Positions 26,691-39,175 of a stretch of 64,000 nucleotides of DNA are shown piece by piece (the first letter of the stretch is position 1; every line of letters starts with the position of its first letter). The translations under genes and the position numbers were made by a program. The stretch is from the human T2T-CHM13v2.0 reference genome, Homo sapiens, in the NCBI RefSeq assembly GCF_009914755.1, contig NC_060926.1. One strand, given 5' to 3'. The notes under the pieces were generated by a model. That model did not search any database and was not told the origin of the DNA. It saw nothing but the letters and a program-made list of their open reading frames with translations.

Positions 26691-29645
26691 GCTTAAGTTA
26701 TGGGCCAAAACTCAGATAGGATAATTGGACTACTGGCAGGATGCAAAGAAGTTGTAAATGCCTGCTCAAAATGATACATACTTTGGTATTTCTAGCAAAG
26801 TGAGTCCAATTATGGAATCAAACCACTGACATACACATTTTCTTTTGAATATTCAAATATTATTTTGCTTCCAATTGGCAAATCATTATAAAATATCTCA
26901 AACACTTTACAGCAAACATATACTAAGTGCTAACTTGGTTTGCCCCACAAGGTTATAGATAATTCCAGGAGGAGAGTAGGAAGGAGAATAAAAATCTCCA
27001 GGGAGGATACCAATCATTAAACTGAGATTTTGTGTTTGCAGAGCCAAGACATAGCTATGGGGGAATACCACTGAGGAGCATTAAAGAAACATCAGGTTGA
27101 CTAATAATAAGAATTTCCATCCAAATCCATCTACCAAATCAAGTGAATCTGCAATAAACATAAATCCACATGCAGTAGTGTCTCTCCGGGGAAATCTAAC
27201 ATTTTCCCACCAGAAAGGATTGTTCTGCATAGCAACCATTTTATGGGGAGGATGACAGCTTATCTGTCTTTGCCTGCTGAGATCAGATCAGAATGTCAGT
27301 TACGCTCCCAGTCAAGACTGCTCTTCAGGCTAAAGGTGGTGCCAATTTGCCAAAAGGGAACATTCTCTTAGCCATACCATCAATTGGCAGGACATTAAGA
27401 ATAAGTTCAGCCAATACAAATGCAATGAAATCTCTTAATACATTTATAGAAAACGTTTTAAATTCAAAGTTCAGAAAAAAAAGCACACGATTTAAAGATG
27501 TTCTTTAGTAACAGGATACCCTCAGTAGGATTAGTGATTTCTTTAAGAATAATTTGTTTTATTATTATTTAGAGACAGTGAGCAAGAAATGGAGCTATAA
27601 CTAATTTTCTGAAGCCTTGCAGGTTTAAAATATTTTGTATTTTTAGCCAGGAAGCTCTTTTAGTAAAAAATAATAATAGCAATTATTTCAATGTTTTCAG
27701 GATCAGTTAGTATTGAAATGAAGATGAATGGTTCATTTGGTTCTTTATATTATTCATACCTACAGAAGAGTTTCTCCTTTGTGATTATCTAGAATAATAT
27801 ATTTTAAGTTTTCTAGACTCACCATCATAATGAAGCATTGGTACTGTTGTCATATGCTGTGTGTCAACATGCAAATGGCTTGGTTTTTGTTCAATGCCAG
27901 TGAATAAAATAAAACAATTAGTACAAAAAACTTTCTCTGGAAATCTCTTTCATCCTACTTACACCATGAACCCAATTAAAGTATTCAATTAGGAGGAAAC
28001 TAAATTGCACTGATGTGTTTCCTACAACACTGTTACAAAAGTATGGTTCTATGTAGATTCTTAGTTAACTTGCCAGACAGAAGCATACAACCCAATGTGA
28101 ACTTGAATTAGCATTAGAACTCACTTTTTGCTTTTCTTTTTGAGGTTTTGGTTTGTGTTTGTTTTTCACAACCTTGGTGGTACATTTATCTTATGTAAGA
28201 GCAAATGTCACTCTCCTTCAAATAACAGAAAGTATTCCATAATATGCATCTTTCTATATGCAACATTATGAAGAAAAAATATTTTTACTAAGATATTGGG
28301 TTCATTGTGTACTGAGAACTCATTACTTTTCCCAAACATTTAGTTATGTTTTTTATTGATTAAGTGAGGATGTGGGCAAAAGGTTAGACCTCAAGCAGAG
28401 GCACAGCACAGCAGAGATTACTTATAAGGAAAACCAAATTGTATTCTGGAGGAATTTATCAGCACATATTAGTGTGGTGGGACACAAAGGTGTCAGCTAA
28501 TGGAAGCAGTAATATTCACAATGTGATTTCATATTTCTAAAATTTGTAGTGGTGTTACTAAACAATATAAGGAGCAGAATGACACTTTCTCAAAATTGGA
28601 ATGAAAAGTTAAGAAGATTATTTGACTGTTAATTATACTATAATATTTTATATGCACTAATATTATCACCAGGTGTACATGTCCTCCTTATCTGCCACCT
28701 GATAATATTAAAGCCTTTAGGGTCATCGAATTGTGAATACTAAAAAATGAGGAGGAGGAAAAACAATTTTAGGCAACAGCAGAACAACAAAAACAAATAG
28801 GAACTTCAAAATTGCATGAATTTTGTCCTCACACAAAATTTTCCAAATGTAAATGCAACTAAGCATTTTTGTTCTGAATGCTTCATCTCTATAAAGCTTC
28901 TAGAAAAACCTTCATACATGACATGGGTTTACATATTTTAAAGTTTTTTTCCTTTTTAAACTGAAATAAATTTTGTTCATTTGAAAATACTTAAAAGTGC
29001 AAATAAGCAATATATACATTGTAAACCATCCCAAATCTCATCACCCACTTTGTTCAAGAAGATGTATGCTTGAACTCTCAGTTAGAAAGAAACTCTTTCT
29101 TCCACTCCTGGTTTTCTGGACGAATGACTCACCCATCACACACCTCTGTCCTCTGTCTAAGCCTTCCTTCACTCAGTCTCTTGGGAGCGGAGTGATTGAC
29201 AAATAAGAATAAGTTGGCATGTTTATCTCAAATCCTCCTACCTCCAAGTTCTGAGGCCCCTCTGGTAGGGTGAGGGGAGTCGCTGCCTTGGTCCAGTGCG
29301 TACATCTACCTAATCTTGGGGTTTAATTCACAGGGCCAATGACTCTGACACAAGCCACACCCTCCCATTGGGCCATAATCAATACTGAAAGTGATCCTAG
29401 AGGTACCTCCCTTAATTTTGTTTCTCAGCTTACCCAGAGCCCAGGAATACTTAATAGAAGTGCCATTTAATTGGCTCCCTAAGAGACTGAACTGTTATCT
29501 ACCTTTTTACAGTAATAGAAATGAGTTTATAAATAACATAAAAACTTAAAAACTGGTCATTACAGGCCAGAGAAATTTTATAATTAGCCCTGCTCTGTAA
29601 TCCTAGTTAAATAACAGAAACTCTACAGGCTTCTGATTCTTAATA

Positions 29646-29873
29646 CAGGAGTTGGCAGACTTTTTTTTATAAAGAGCCAAATAATATACATTTTAGATTC
29701 TTTGCACTATTGAGTTTTTGTCACAACTACTTATCTCTGTCTTTTTAGTGAGAAAACCTCCACAGACAATACTTAAACCAATGGGTGTGGCTGTGAGCCA
29801 ATAAAATTTAATTTACATAAATAAGTGGCCTACAGATTTGGCCTGCAGAAAGTAAACGGTTTGCCAGCCTCTG
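29646..29873 (+). mobile_element. MER58A hAT-Charlie MITE
   Basis: TIRs caggagttggcagac / gtttgccagcctctg; gtgtggctgtgagccaataaaa. Confidence 0.8.
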
Positions 29874-30458
29874 AATATGAACTGAGAGAACTGAAAGACA
29901 TGAGCACTAAAGACTGCCCAACACGATGTGGCTTTCTATTTTAATTCCTGAATAAACTAACTGTTATTCTGTCCCTGGATTTTTTGTTTTCCCTTTTACT
30001 TTATATTATTTTTAGGGAAGTAGCTGAGGGAAATGTGACATTTGGGGACTAAGAAATTAAATTGTATAGCATATCGGATCCTGTCATTTCAAGAGAAATG
30101 AAATAACGGGCAATGCTGTAAAGCTGTCCTGTAAATAGTTCTGGGTCTAGTTGAGAAATTCAAACCCATGAAGTGGTTTGTTGTCTGCTCCGTCTACGGG
30201 GTAACTGGGGCCATAGGATGGCTGACATTTCAATTGCAGGGTCAATAATTTCAGAAATCTCCCTGTTAGTTGGCACTCACTCTTAGCAGATTGGACCTGA
30301 TAATACTGATGAAACAAGCCAGCTCTCCACTTCCCAGCTTTCATAGATAGGCTATTTAAGTCCAGTGACATCTTCCACTTCATATCCTGTTTTCAGTCTC
30401 TGTAGAATAAACCTTTAGCTCACCCTGGTTTAATGTAGGGGTTGAGAAAAAGCAGGAG

Positions 30459-31017
30459 ATATCAAAGAAAAATTGCATGGAACAAACTCAAACGGGGCAA
30501 AAAGACTTTAGTCAAGACTACTGCAATAGGGGAAAGCGAATGAAGTTAATTCCACTGAAACAGAAGACAGGAGGGTTTTTAAGCACTGAGATGAACTACT
30601 GGAAAAACATTGGAGGACACTAGTATGAAAGGTTAATCAATAAAATGTGTTGAACACATTGTTATTCCTGAGTTTGCCAATGTTTTTCTCTATTATGAGG
30701 TCATCTGTGTTTGTTAATGGGTACCCATTGAAGTTAGGCTCCTATCTTCCCCATAGAAACTGAGAGATAGAAGTGTTATCTTCCTCAAAAGGGATGATTC
30801 CCTGGTCTTTGAGAAAGACATTCCTGGTTGTAAAACTAACAAGATGCAGGGAGAATATTTATATGCATTTCAAAGAAGCTTAAAAAGAATTTGCAATTAG
30901 AAGTTTTCTGAAGTAAATGTTCTAAGAAAACGGAGGTACTAGAGTTAGAGCTAGAGTTAGAAAGGAGCCTATTTAAAGTTCAGTCAAGTGAGGAGAACAT
31001 TAAGATTGTCTTGACCA
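30459..31017 (-). mobile_element. MER31/MER67-family ERV1 solo LTR
   Basis: tcaaagaaaaattgca...caagactactgcaatagggga...gaagttaggctcct...gagaaagacattcct...aagtaaatgttctaagaaaa. Confidence 0.75.
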
Positions 31018-31164
31018 GAGTCAATCAACTAAATTTAAACTTCCATAACCTTGGGAGAGTTATTTAAAAGCTTTACTATATATGTAACAGCCCATGTGTG
31101 AGATTTTTATATTTGTTTCTTGTTTATGTAAACAAATAAATAGTGAAGCAAATAAATTTCTGTT

Positions 31165-31325
31165 TATTTTTCACAACAGTTCATTGGTTGGTACTATCAT
31201 CTCCATTTTTTAAAGAAAGAAATGAGAAAGAGTAAGGTACATATCAAGACTATAGCACTAATAAGTATAAAAAATCAAAATTTTATCCCACATATAATTC
31301 TATGTCTTCTCTCATCACTGCACCA
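31165..31325 (-). mobile_element. MIR fragment
   Basis: tcacaacag...ggtactatcatctccatttt degenerate core. Confidence 0.45.
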
Positions 31326-31470
31326 AGCTATTTCTCAAAGAAAAAAATTATCCTGGGATTCTTCTAGAACATAAAGAAAAATAACAATCATGATATTATA
31401 AAATCAATATTTCCCAGGTCTTCTGAAGATAATTTAGAGCTGTTATAGAAATTATAATTCTGTTTTACAG

Positions 31471-31695
31471 GCGGGTTTCTCAACCATGGCACTATTGACA
31501 TTTTGAGTCAAATAATTCTATGTTGTGTGGAGGCTGCCCTTGTCCTGTGTACTGTAGAACGTTTCAAAGATTCCTGACCTCTACCAACTAGATTCCAGTA
31601 GCACTCCCGTGTTGGGACAACCAAAAAAATAAAAAGTCTCTAGATATTGTCAATGTCTCCTGAGGGTAAGATATCTCCTATTGAGAGCCATTGCT
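31471..31695 (-). mobile_element. MER20 hAT MITE
   Basis: gtttctcaaccatggcactattgacattttg...ccagtagcactccc...ttgagagccattg. Confidence 0.8.
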
Positions 31696-34199
31696 TTAGA
31701 GGAATATTCTTCTATAGTATTTTCAGTGATGCAACCCTTCAAACAAAGAAATATTTTACAGAACACAGATATTTAAAAATTAAACGAAGTAAAGAAGATG
31801 CCCTAGAAGACAGAGCTCTACTCAATTCATTTTGTTCTCCCCTTCTCTCACCAACCTTCTGAGATACTTATACCAACATGACTCTAGAAACGGCTGCTCA
31901 AACAGAACTTACATCCTTCTCGTGAGATGTTGCCAGACATAGTTCTACAGTACATTCTATCTACCCTTCACCTCATTAAAGATAGATTTGCCGTTAGTGC
32001 TTTTGGCAGGGTAGGTAAACAGAGCTATTATCAGATTGTTTTTGTTTTTGTTTTTAAAACCTTATCCAGTCCAGCAAAAGGATTCCAACTGTTCAAGAAA
32101 ATGGCTGTTATATTCACTTGGGTGAATCTAGTAACTCATTTGCCACAGAGCTATTTCCAACGGTGATGCTCCCAGCATGCAATGGATCTGGCTCAGATTT
32201 CATTAAGGGCAAGACGGATCCTTGGCTCAGCTGGTCCCAAACTTAGTCTGCAGTCTATACGCATTTTAGATGGAAATCTACCTTTTCTTTGTGGTTATTG
32301 TTTGATAATGGCTTTTTCTTTCATTACAATTTAAATATTCTACAACTACCTGTTTTACAAGGTGAAAAATCCATAGAGTAGGTGAGTTCTTATAGACAGA
32401 ATGTTTTACATTCACCAGTCTTCAGAAATACTGGAATAAATTAAATTTCACGCTGACTGGCTAAATCCAGAAAGGTCAATAGTGTTTAGTATTCGGTTAT
32501 TCTTTTCCAAAGCTTATTCACATTGCTAGACCCATATTGAATGTTCCTGTTGTAAAAATCATTTATTTTAAAGTACCTCATACAGACCAGAAAGTGAATA
32601 TTGTAAGTAAAGACAAGACAGTGGTACTGCTTAGCAAAACATGCAGTTTATGGGGTATAATTTGATGTAATGAAATGTCCATGTTAACCCCCAAAAGAGT
32701 TGATGCTAAACTGCCATGGTGCCTGAAGTCATGAAAAGTTTCTTTCCTGGAAGGGACAATGCCTTTAGCCACCAATAATTCAAAGTGAATGAATACACTC
32801 ATTTTCAGTTTTTTCACTTATCAAATACTTGATAAAATATAACAAAGTTTAAAAAACAGGTGAATTATTTGTTTTGAGAGAAAAGGGACATTTATCAAGT
32901 TCCCACAGAAGTCCTAAACACATATCTTGAATAAATGTGAAAGTATCAGAACCTTTTCTTCTAAAGTTAGCACAATTAAGGGAAGACTTTCATTTATTTT
33001 CCTTTATTTTTTGAAAGAAAAACTCTTAAAACAAATATCAAGTGGTCCAAATTTGAGCCACTTTAAGAATTCTCGAGTATTATTCTATCATTGTTGTTAA
33101 CCTAGAATAGGAAGACTGAGTTGAAAGAGTGAAATAAATAGAGGCTAATGTTCATCATAATTCATGACTAAAGCACAAAGTATAAATTTGCTTTTGATAA
33201 ATTTGACATGATTATTTTTCTGTAGCTACTTCTTTTACTAAAGGTTTGTTGGTAAGTTTTTGTTATTGTTTTTATCTATTTAAGTCCCAGATTTGAAACT
33301 ATCAATGAAACGTCTCCTACTCATAACTCATAAAATCAATTATTCTTTTATTCACAATAATAAAGCTCACTCCTGGTGAGACCAATTCAGGCATACAATC
33401 AAGTCAAAATCTTAATTTTCCTATTAACCTCTACTTCATCTTTCAACTATTACAAAGTAACTCAGGCTATAATCATGACTCTCACACAACTATAAAATTA
33501 ACTCATGTCAAAGATTCTGTTTAACGTATTAAAGGGTCAATCAGAACAATGTCATAACTGGTTCAAAGAAAAATTCAAAGTCACATATACTGGCAGGTAA
33601 GAAATGCTAAAATAAACTTACTATAGATGGAAAACTGACATATTACACAGTGGGGGAAGGAGAACTGTCCATTGTAATTCCACCAAAAAAATGTATTTGT
33701 ATGTCTGTGAATAAGAATTATTTGCATCCCTATCAGTTAAAGCTGCAAAATAGCTCAAAGATAATGAAAGGCACAGAGACCTATAGAATCAGATAACCTG
33801 GAAGAGTGTTCCTGGACAATACCGTATTTTCCATGGAAGAAAACTGGTAATCTTTTTGGTTCCTATTAAGTTCTTCCACAATATTTTCCTATACAAACAT
33901 CTTTTTTCCTTTTCCCAGACCAGCATAATAAAATCTGAAATGAATATTCTCCTTTATTATGTTTTTAATGAAGGAACTAGTACTTGAGTTAAGCAATTCA
34001 ATGCTTTGCTGGCAATTGATATGAAAAGGGATTGGACAAGGTGAGAAATACTCATTTTTCATCTGGACACAGTGAAAGAATTTATAATTTTGTCAATGAC
34101 TCTTCCATTTCCTACTTAGCCACAAAGCAGACACACAGTTTTTGTATTTTAAAATGCTGATTGATACGTATTGGCCTCAATGTGCAGTCACGTATAAGA

Positions 34200-34675
34200 A
34201 TTATTGGTGTAAAATATTTGTGGAAATCAAATTCCTGATTTTGTCACATAGCTTTGAATCTAGAGGTAACCACATGATCCAGTTCTGCTTAATGAGATAC
34301 AAGGTCAATTATTTTAAGAGAATAATTCTGGAAAAGCTGTTGATTTTCTCCTAAAGCATACCACACATGGTGGGCCTTATTTTATAGTCTTTTTTTATCT
34401 ACCTTAAATGAAGATATAATGGCTAAAGATCTGGTAGCCATCTTGCCACTGTGATGAGACAAGCACAAGGATAAAAACTAACAGTCTAAGGTAAGCATGA
34501 CACAGTAGAAAAATAGAATCAGCAGCCCTGATAGAATTGTTCCATAGCTGAGTCAATGCTGGAAGCAACTGCCAACATACAGATTTTTTCTAAAAGCAAT
34601 TGTTTCTTTTAAACCACATTTATTTTGAATTTAAACTACTGTTATTTGCAGCTGAAAGCATCGCCCGGTGATACA
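34200..34675 (+). mobile_element. MLT1K/L-like solo LTR
   Basis: ccacatgatccagttctg...aatgagat...gtagccatcttg...ctgttatttgcagctgaaagcatc...tgataca. Confidence 0.6.
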
Positions 34676-34776
34676 TTTTGTCTTCCACAATGCATGGCTT
34701 TCTGTACTCATTCCTACATAATAAAATCAAAATCTGCAACACAGCAATTGCCACTCATAACATTCTTAAAATTTGG

Positions 34777-34805
34777 TCTCTCTCTCTCTTGCCCTCTCTT
34801 CTTCT

Positions 34806-34837
<32 letters not shown>

Positions 34838-34847
34838 CACTCACACA
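34777..34847. repeat. Compound (CT)n(AT)n(AC)n microsatellite
   Basis: Direct reading. Confidence 0.85.
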
Positions 34848-36699
34848 TAGAGAAATTATATTGATAAATCAGACTTTAAACATTATCTTGCAACTTGTTT
34901 TTTACCTATTTTCTTTATATTCTATAATTCTAAATTCTAAAATGTAACTCTTAATGCCTACTATTCTATTAGATGGATGGACTTTCATGAGATTAGCCGA
35001 TCTGCCATAGAAGCTTTGTTTCAATTTTTTTGTTAGCCATTTTAGTATAAGGCCAATCTTATATTTAATCTTTATGAGCATCTGTAAGTCTTTTCCTAGA
35101 ATAAAGTTTTAGAAATATAATTACTAGAAGAAAAAATAGGCAGGATTTTGAACCTATTAATACTTGTTATGAAATTGAGTCCCAAAAAGTTAAGGATGAT
35201 TCTACAGGAGATTTCCATATCCTCTTCATTCTTACCAATAATGAGTAATATAATGTTGTCATGTTACTATTATCATTCTATTATATTCTTTAAAAAATCT
35301 GACATAACAAAAATCCCCATTTATTTATTACAATTCATTTAAGATCAGTGAATGTGAATATGATTTACATTTTTACAACATTTAATCTTAATGAAATCCA
35401 AGAACATATCTATTTTTGTTGTTGTTTTCATTCCATAGATCTAAAACATATTTTCTTTTGTTCATTCTTTGGAATTTTGTTATTTTTTCTTATTTCATAC
35501 TTTAGCCTAAATTCTGTTTTGATATAAGCATTGACTTTTTTTAAGAAATGGCCTGTTTGCCCTCTCACCGTCAACATAGGTATTAATCTGATTATCTTCT
35601 CAGATTATAACTGAGAGGATTGATAGTATAAATTCAAAACCACCCTGCTCTCTGATAGCATTTGAAGTCCATATAGCCTCAGCAGAGTAACTTTTACCAC
35701 TATCTGCTCCATGCTTTGCCTGCTCCTTCTCCTGTGTGTAATGAAACTATTATCTTAAAAATATCTTTGTTTGACCTCTACTAAAGCATCTATAGTCCTA
35801 AGGGTGTGTCCGTACTGTGACCTCTATAACGATCATGAATGAAGGATGGCATCTGAGTTATGTTTTTAGAAATATAAGGGTAAGGTCTAACACTAGAAGT
35901 CAAGTTGAAAGTATTTGTTGATTCGTTTTGTTCCACTCTAAGTTTTTAAAAGCTTGCTTGTCTCAAGACTCAACCCTCTGTGATCTTTACACATGATAAG
36001 TAGTTTTCTTATAACTTATGTATTATCTTTAACATTATTGTTGGAAGTGCTCTCTCAAACCGAACCCTCATGAATATTTAGCATGGCTTAACTTATGATA
36101 AAAATTGGCTCCTGTGCTTTGTTATTGACTTATTAGGACTCACTTTAGGGCATTCCTCTAAGTAAATAGTTCTTTATTAGCATAATAATAGAGCATTTGT
36201 ATTGATCTCTTCAATTTTTTTTAAAATTTTTCTGACTTTGGATTTGACACCAAAGCAAATATGGCTAGGCAATGGTAGGTATCAATCATGGTATATTCCC
36301 ATCTTTGATCTTTCTCTTTGTATTAACTGGTGAATTTGAATCACCAACTAACACAGAGCAAACACAGGGGCATGATAGCTGAGAAATAATTTAGCTTTTA
36401 GCCTTTTCCCCATTCTCTCCTGTAAATCAACATAGTAAACTATCATGGTGATAATTAATTGTCCGTAAACACCTGTACATTGAGTCACCTACTAGAAACT
36501 TAATAGAGGAGTGTTTATAAGAAACCACTCCTCTTTGGAGAGATTTCCTTTATTTAAACACAGTAGTTGTTGAGTTCTAGTTGGTGTAGGCAACAAACTG
36601 CAGTCTAAGATAGATACTTATAATCTATGCTAAAGCAATTGAAAGGAAGCCGGTATTAGCCAAGCTTTATAGATGCTTACTGGCTAATTATTGGTTAAG

Positions 36700-36991
36700 G
36701 TATTTACTGATTGTCACTTACAGGGGTTAGCAGGCTATCCTCCCACATACACTGGGATACAGGGGCCCTATCTTTCTTTATGATTACATTTCAAAGGGAT
36801 AGGTCTCAGGTCCTTGAGAAAGACACTCTTGGTTTGAGAGAATTTATATCTCAAAGGAACAGAGAAAAGATTTACAATCCCTTGCAAGTTTTCTATAGTA
36901 AATACTCTAAGAAAAGAGACGGGGTCTATATTAGGAACAAAGACATTTAAGTTTATTCAAGCTGAAGAAAATGTTAAGCCTGTCTTGGTCG
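36700..36991 (-). mobile_element. MER31/MER67-family LTR fragment
   Basis: tgattacatttcaaagggat...ggtccttgagaaagaca...caagctga...gtcttggtc; homologous to 30740-31017. Confidence 0.7.
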
Positions 36992-37484
36992 CCCTATGAT
37001 CGCTATGGTTCACTCTGGTCTTATTTCTGACCAAATTAGAGACGGCAATGTACATAGAGAAGTTCAGAGGGAAAATATATTAGTGTTCAGAAACAAAAAT
37101 TGGAATAAGGCAGTTAGAGTTAATATTAATATTCCCAAGCTCAGGACCCAAAAATGCATGAATAAAAGAAGGCAAAGATGAAGATTCAGATAACTAGAGG
37201 GAAATGACTTATCTGATAAAAACAGGCATCTATTTTTACTGACATTAAAAACCTTGCTTCAAGTTGATAGCCCCTCCAGGATTTATCCAGTAATGTATAA
37301 GGTGACTCTAGCCTGTTTCCTTGCTAATTACAAACAAGTGACTCATAATTTCTGAATGAGTTTATTACAGACATTAACGGTTTAGTTTTATACGGAAAAG
37401 GCAACAATAATAATCCCTCCCCCCAGTCATTTTGTAATTAGCCCCGCAAATACATGAATGCCATCTCTATAGCAAAATCACCTC

Positions 37485-37790
37485 AACTAATAATTTATTG
37501 AAGACCTACCATGTACAAGTTACTATGTTGTGCAAGTTGCTATATTGTTAGGAGCAGAAAGGTTAAAAAGTTGTATTAACACTCCTCAAATAATCTACAG
37601 TCTCATAGGAGAGATTGTACATATTACCAAGCTGGGGTAGTATGCAATATATGCCGTAAATGTTTTTTCCCTGGAATCAGGGTGTGAGAAGAGAGGCCCT
37701 CTGTGTTGACTAGAAAGGAAGTCATGGAGAACATCATATTTAAGCTAGACTTTAAGAAAAAAATTCAAGGACATGAGCAATGGCCAATAA
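37485..37790 (-). mobile_element. L2 3' fragment
   Basis: atttattgaagacctaccatgtacaag...ctacagtctcatagg...atttaagctagacttt. Confidence 0.5.
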
Positions 37791-37856
37791 TCAGAGAGCT
37801 CATGTTATGTTTAAGTAACATCAGAGTCAAATTTCCTGAACTGTAGCATTGGGTAT

Positions 37857-38015
37857 CATTTTAGTTAGTTCTGGCTGCTATGACAGAATGCCACAGACTA
37901 GGTGATTAAATGATAGAAATTTATTTCTAACCGTTCTGGTAACTTGGAAATCCAAAGTTAAGGTGTCAGTAGATCTGGAGTCTGATGAGGGCTCTCTTCC
38001 TGATTTGCAGATAGC

Positions 38016-38052
<37 letters not shown>

Positions 38053-38080
38053 TGTGTATATATATATATGTGTACACACA

Positions 38081-38135
<55 letters not shown>

Positions 38136-38343
38136 TCTTCTTGGGTCCTCACCTGGTGGAAAACAAAAAGAGAAGAAGCAACTGCTCTCCTGTTTCTTCT
38201 TATAAGGGACTAATCCCACTATGTGGACTACACAATCATGACATAATTACCTCCTGAAAGTCCCAACTCCGAAGACCATCACACTGGGGATTTAGGCTTC
38301 AACATATGAATTTTGAAATTCACAAACATTCCATTCAAAGTAG
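37857..38343 (-). mobile_element. MLT1A-like solo LTR with embedded palindromic microsatellite
   Basis: ggctgctatgacagaatgccacagact...gaaatttatttct...gagggctctcttcctg...tcttataagggactaatccc...ttcaacatatgaatttt. Confidence 0.8.
38016..38134. repeat. Inverted (TG)n/(CA)n compound microsatellite
   Basis: ATATA(TG)14TT(TG)3(TA)6TGTGTA(CA)4AA(CA)20(TA)5. Confidence 0.95.
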
Positions 38344-38445
38344 GTGTACATAAAAGGGATGCAGAGGCTAAAACCAGAAAAACAGTTGGAGCAAAAATAT
38401 TAAAAGCCTGCCATGTCAAGAGGGATTTTGGTTTGTTTGCTTTTC

Positions 38446-38490
38446 TGTGTGTGTGTGTGTGTGAAAGAGAGAGAGAGAGAGAGAGAGTGT
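38446..38490. repeat. (TG)n(AG)n microsatellite
   Basis: Direct reading. Confidence 0.9.
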
Positions 38491-39010
38491 GGGTGTTCAA
38501 GTTACAGGGAGTTATTAAAGGTTTCTGAGCAATATTTTTGAGTTCATCAATAGCATACACTGAAAAGTATTTATATTTTTAAAGTATGGAGGAGGGAGGA
38601 GCTTCAAAATAGCTGACTAGATGCATCTGGTGCTACCCTTTGCCATGGAGAGGAACCAAAATAGTAAATAAATAATCACAACTTGAATAGATTATTTAAG
38701 ATCAAACACTGGAATTCAACAGAGAAGTGACAGGAAGCACATAAAGCAAGGAAGGAGAGGAAAGTGAGGCAGCCTGTTCCTCAGGGATTGGTGGGGGGTG
38801 TGGAAAGTCTCCCAATTGCAAGGAAAGGAAAAGTGAGAGACCTCTCCAGTGATCCACATTCCCGTCACAGATTCCTATAATGCTATCCATGGAAGAGCCC
38901 TAGACCCTGGTGGGCCTGAAGACTAACATGTGGAGTTCCTTGGAAACAACACAAAGGCATTGTTCTAGAGAGAAAGCTCATGCTGAGTCCCCTAGATCCC
39001 CAAGACGTAA

Positions 39011-39175
39011 GCAGTGGTGGCACAATCTCGGCTCACGGCTCACTGCAACCTCCACCTCCCTGATCCAAGCAATTCCCCTGCCTCAGCCTCCCGAGTGGCT
39101 GGGATTACAGGTGCATGCCACCACACCTGGCTAATTTTTTTGCATTTTTAGTAGAGAAGGAGTTTCATAACATGG
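39011..39175 (-). mobile_element. Internal Alu fragment without tail or TSD, inside the L1 5'UTR
   Basis: gcagtgg...ctcactgcaacctccacctcc...cctgcctcagcctcccgagt...tttttagtagagaaggagtttca. Confidence 0.9.

Noticed and set aside
37878-38257. ORFs with VCVC/HTHT runs
   Set aside because: Translation of the microsatellite
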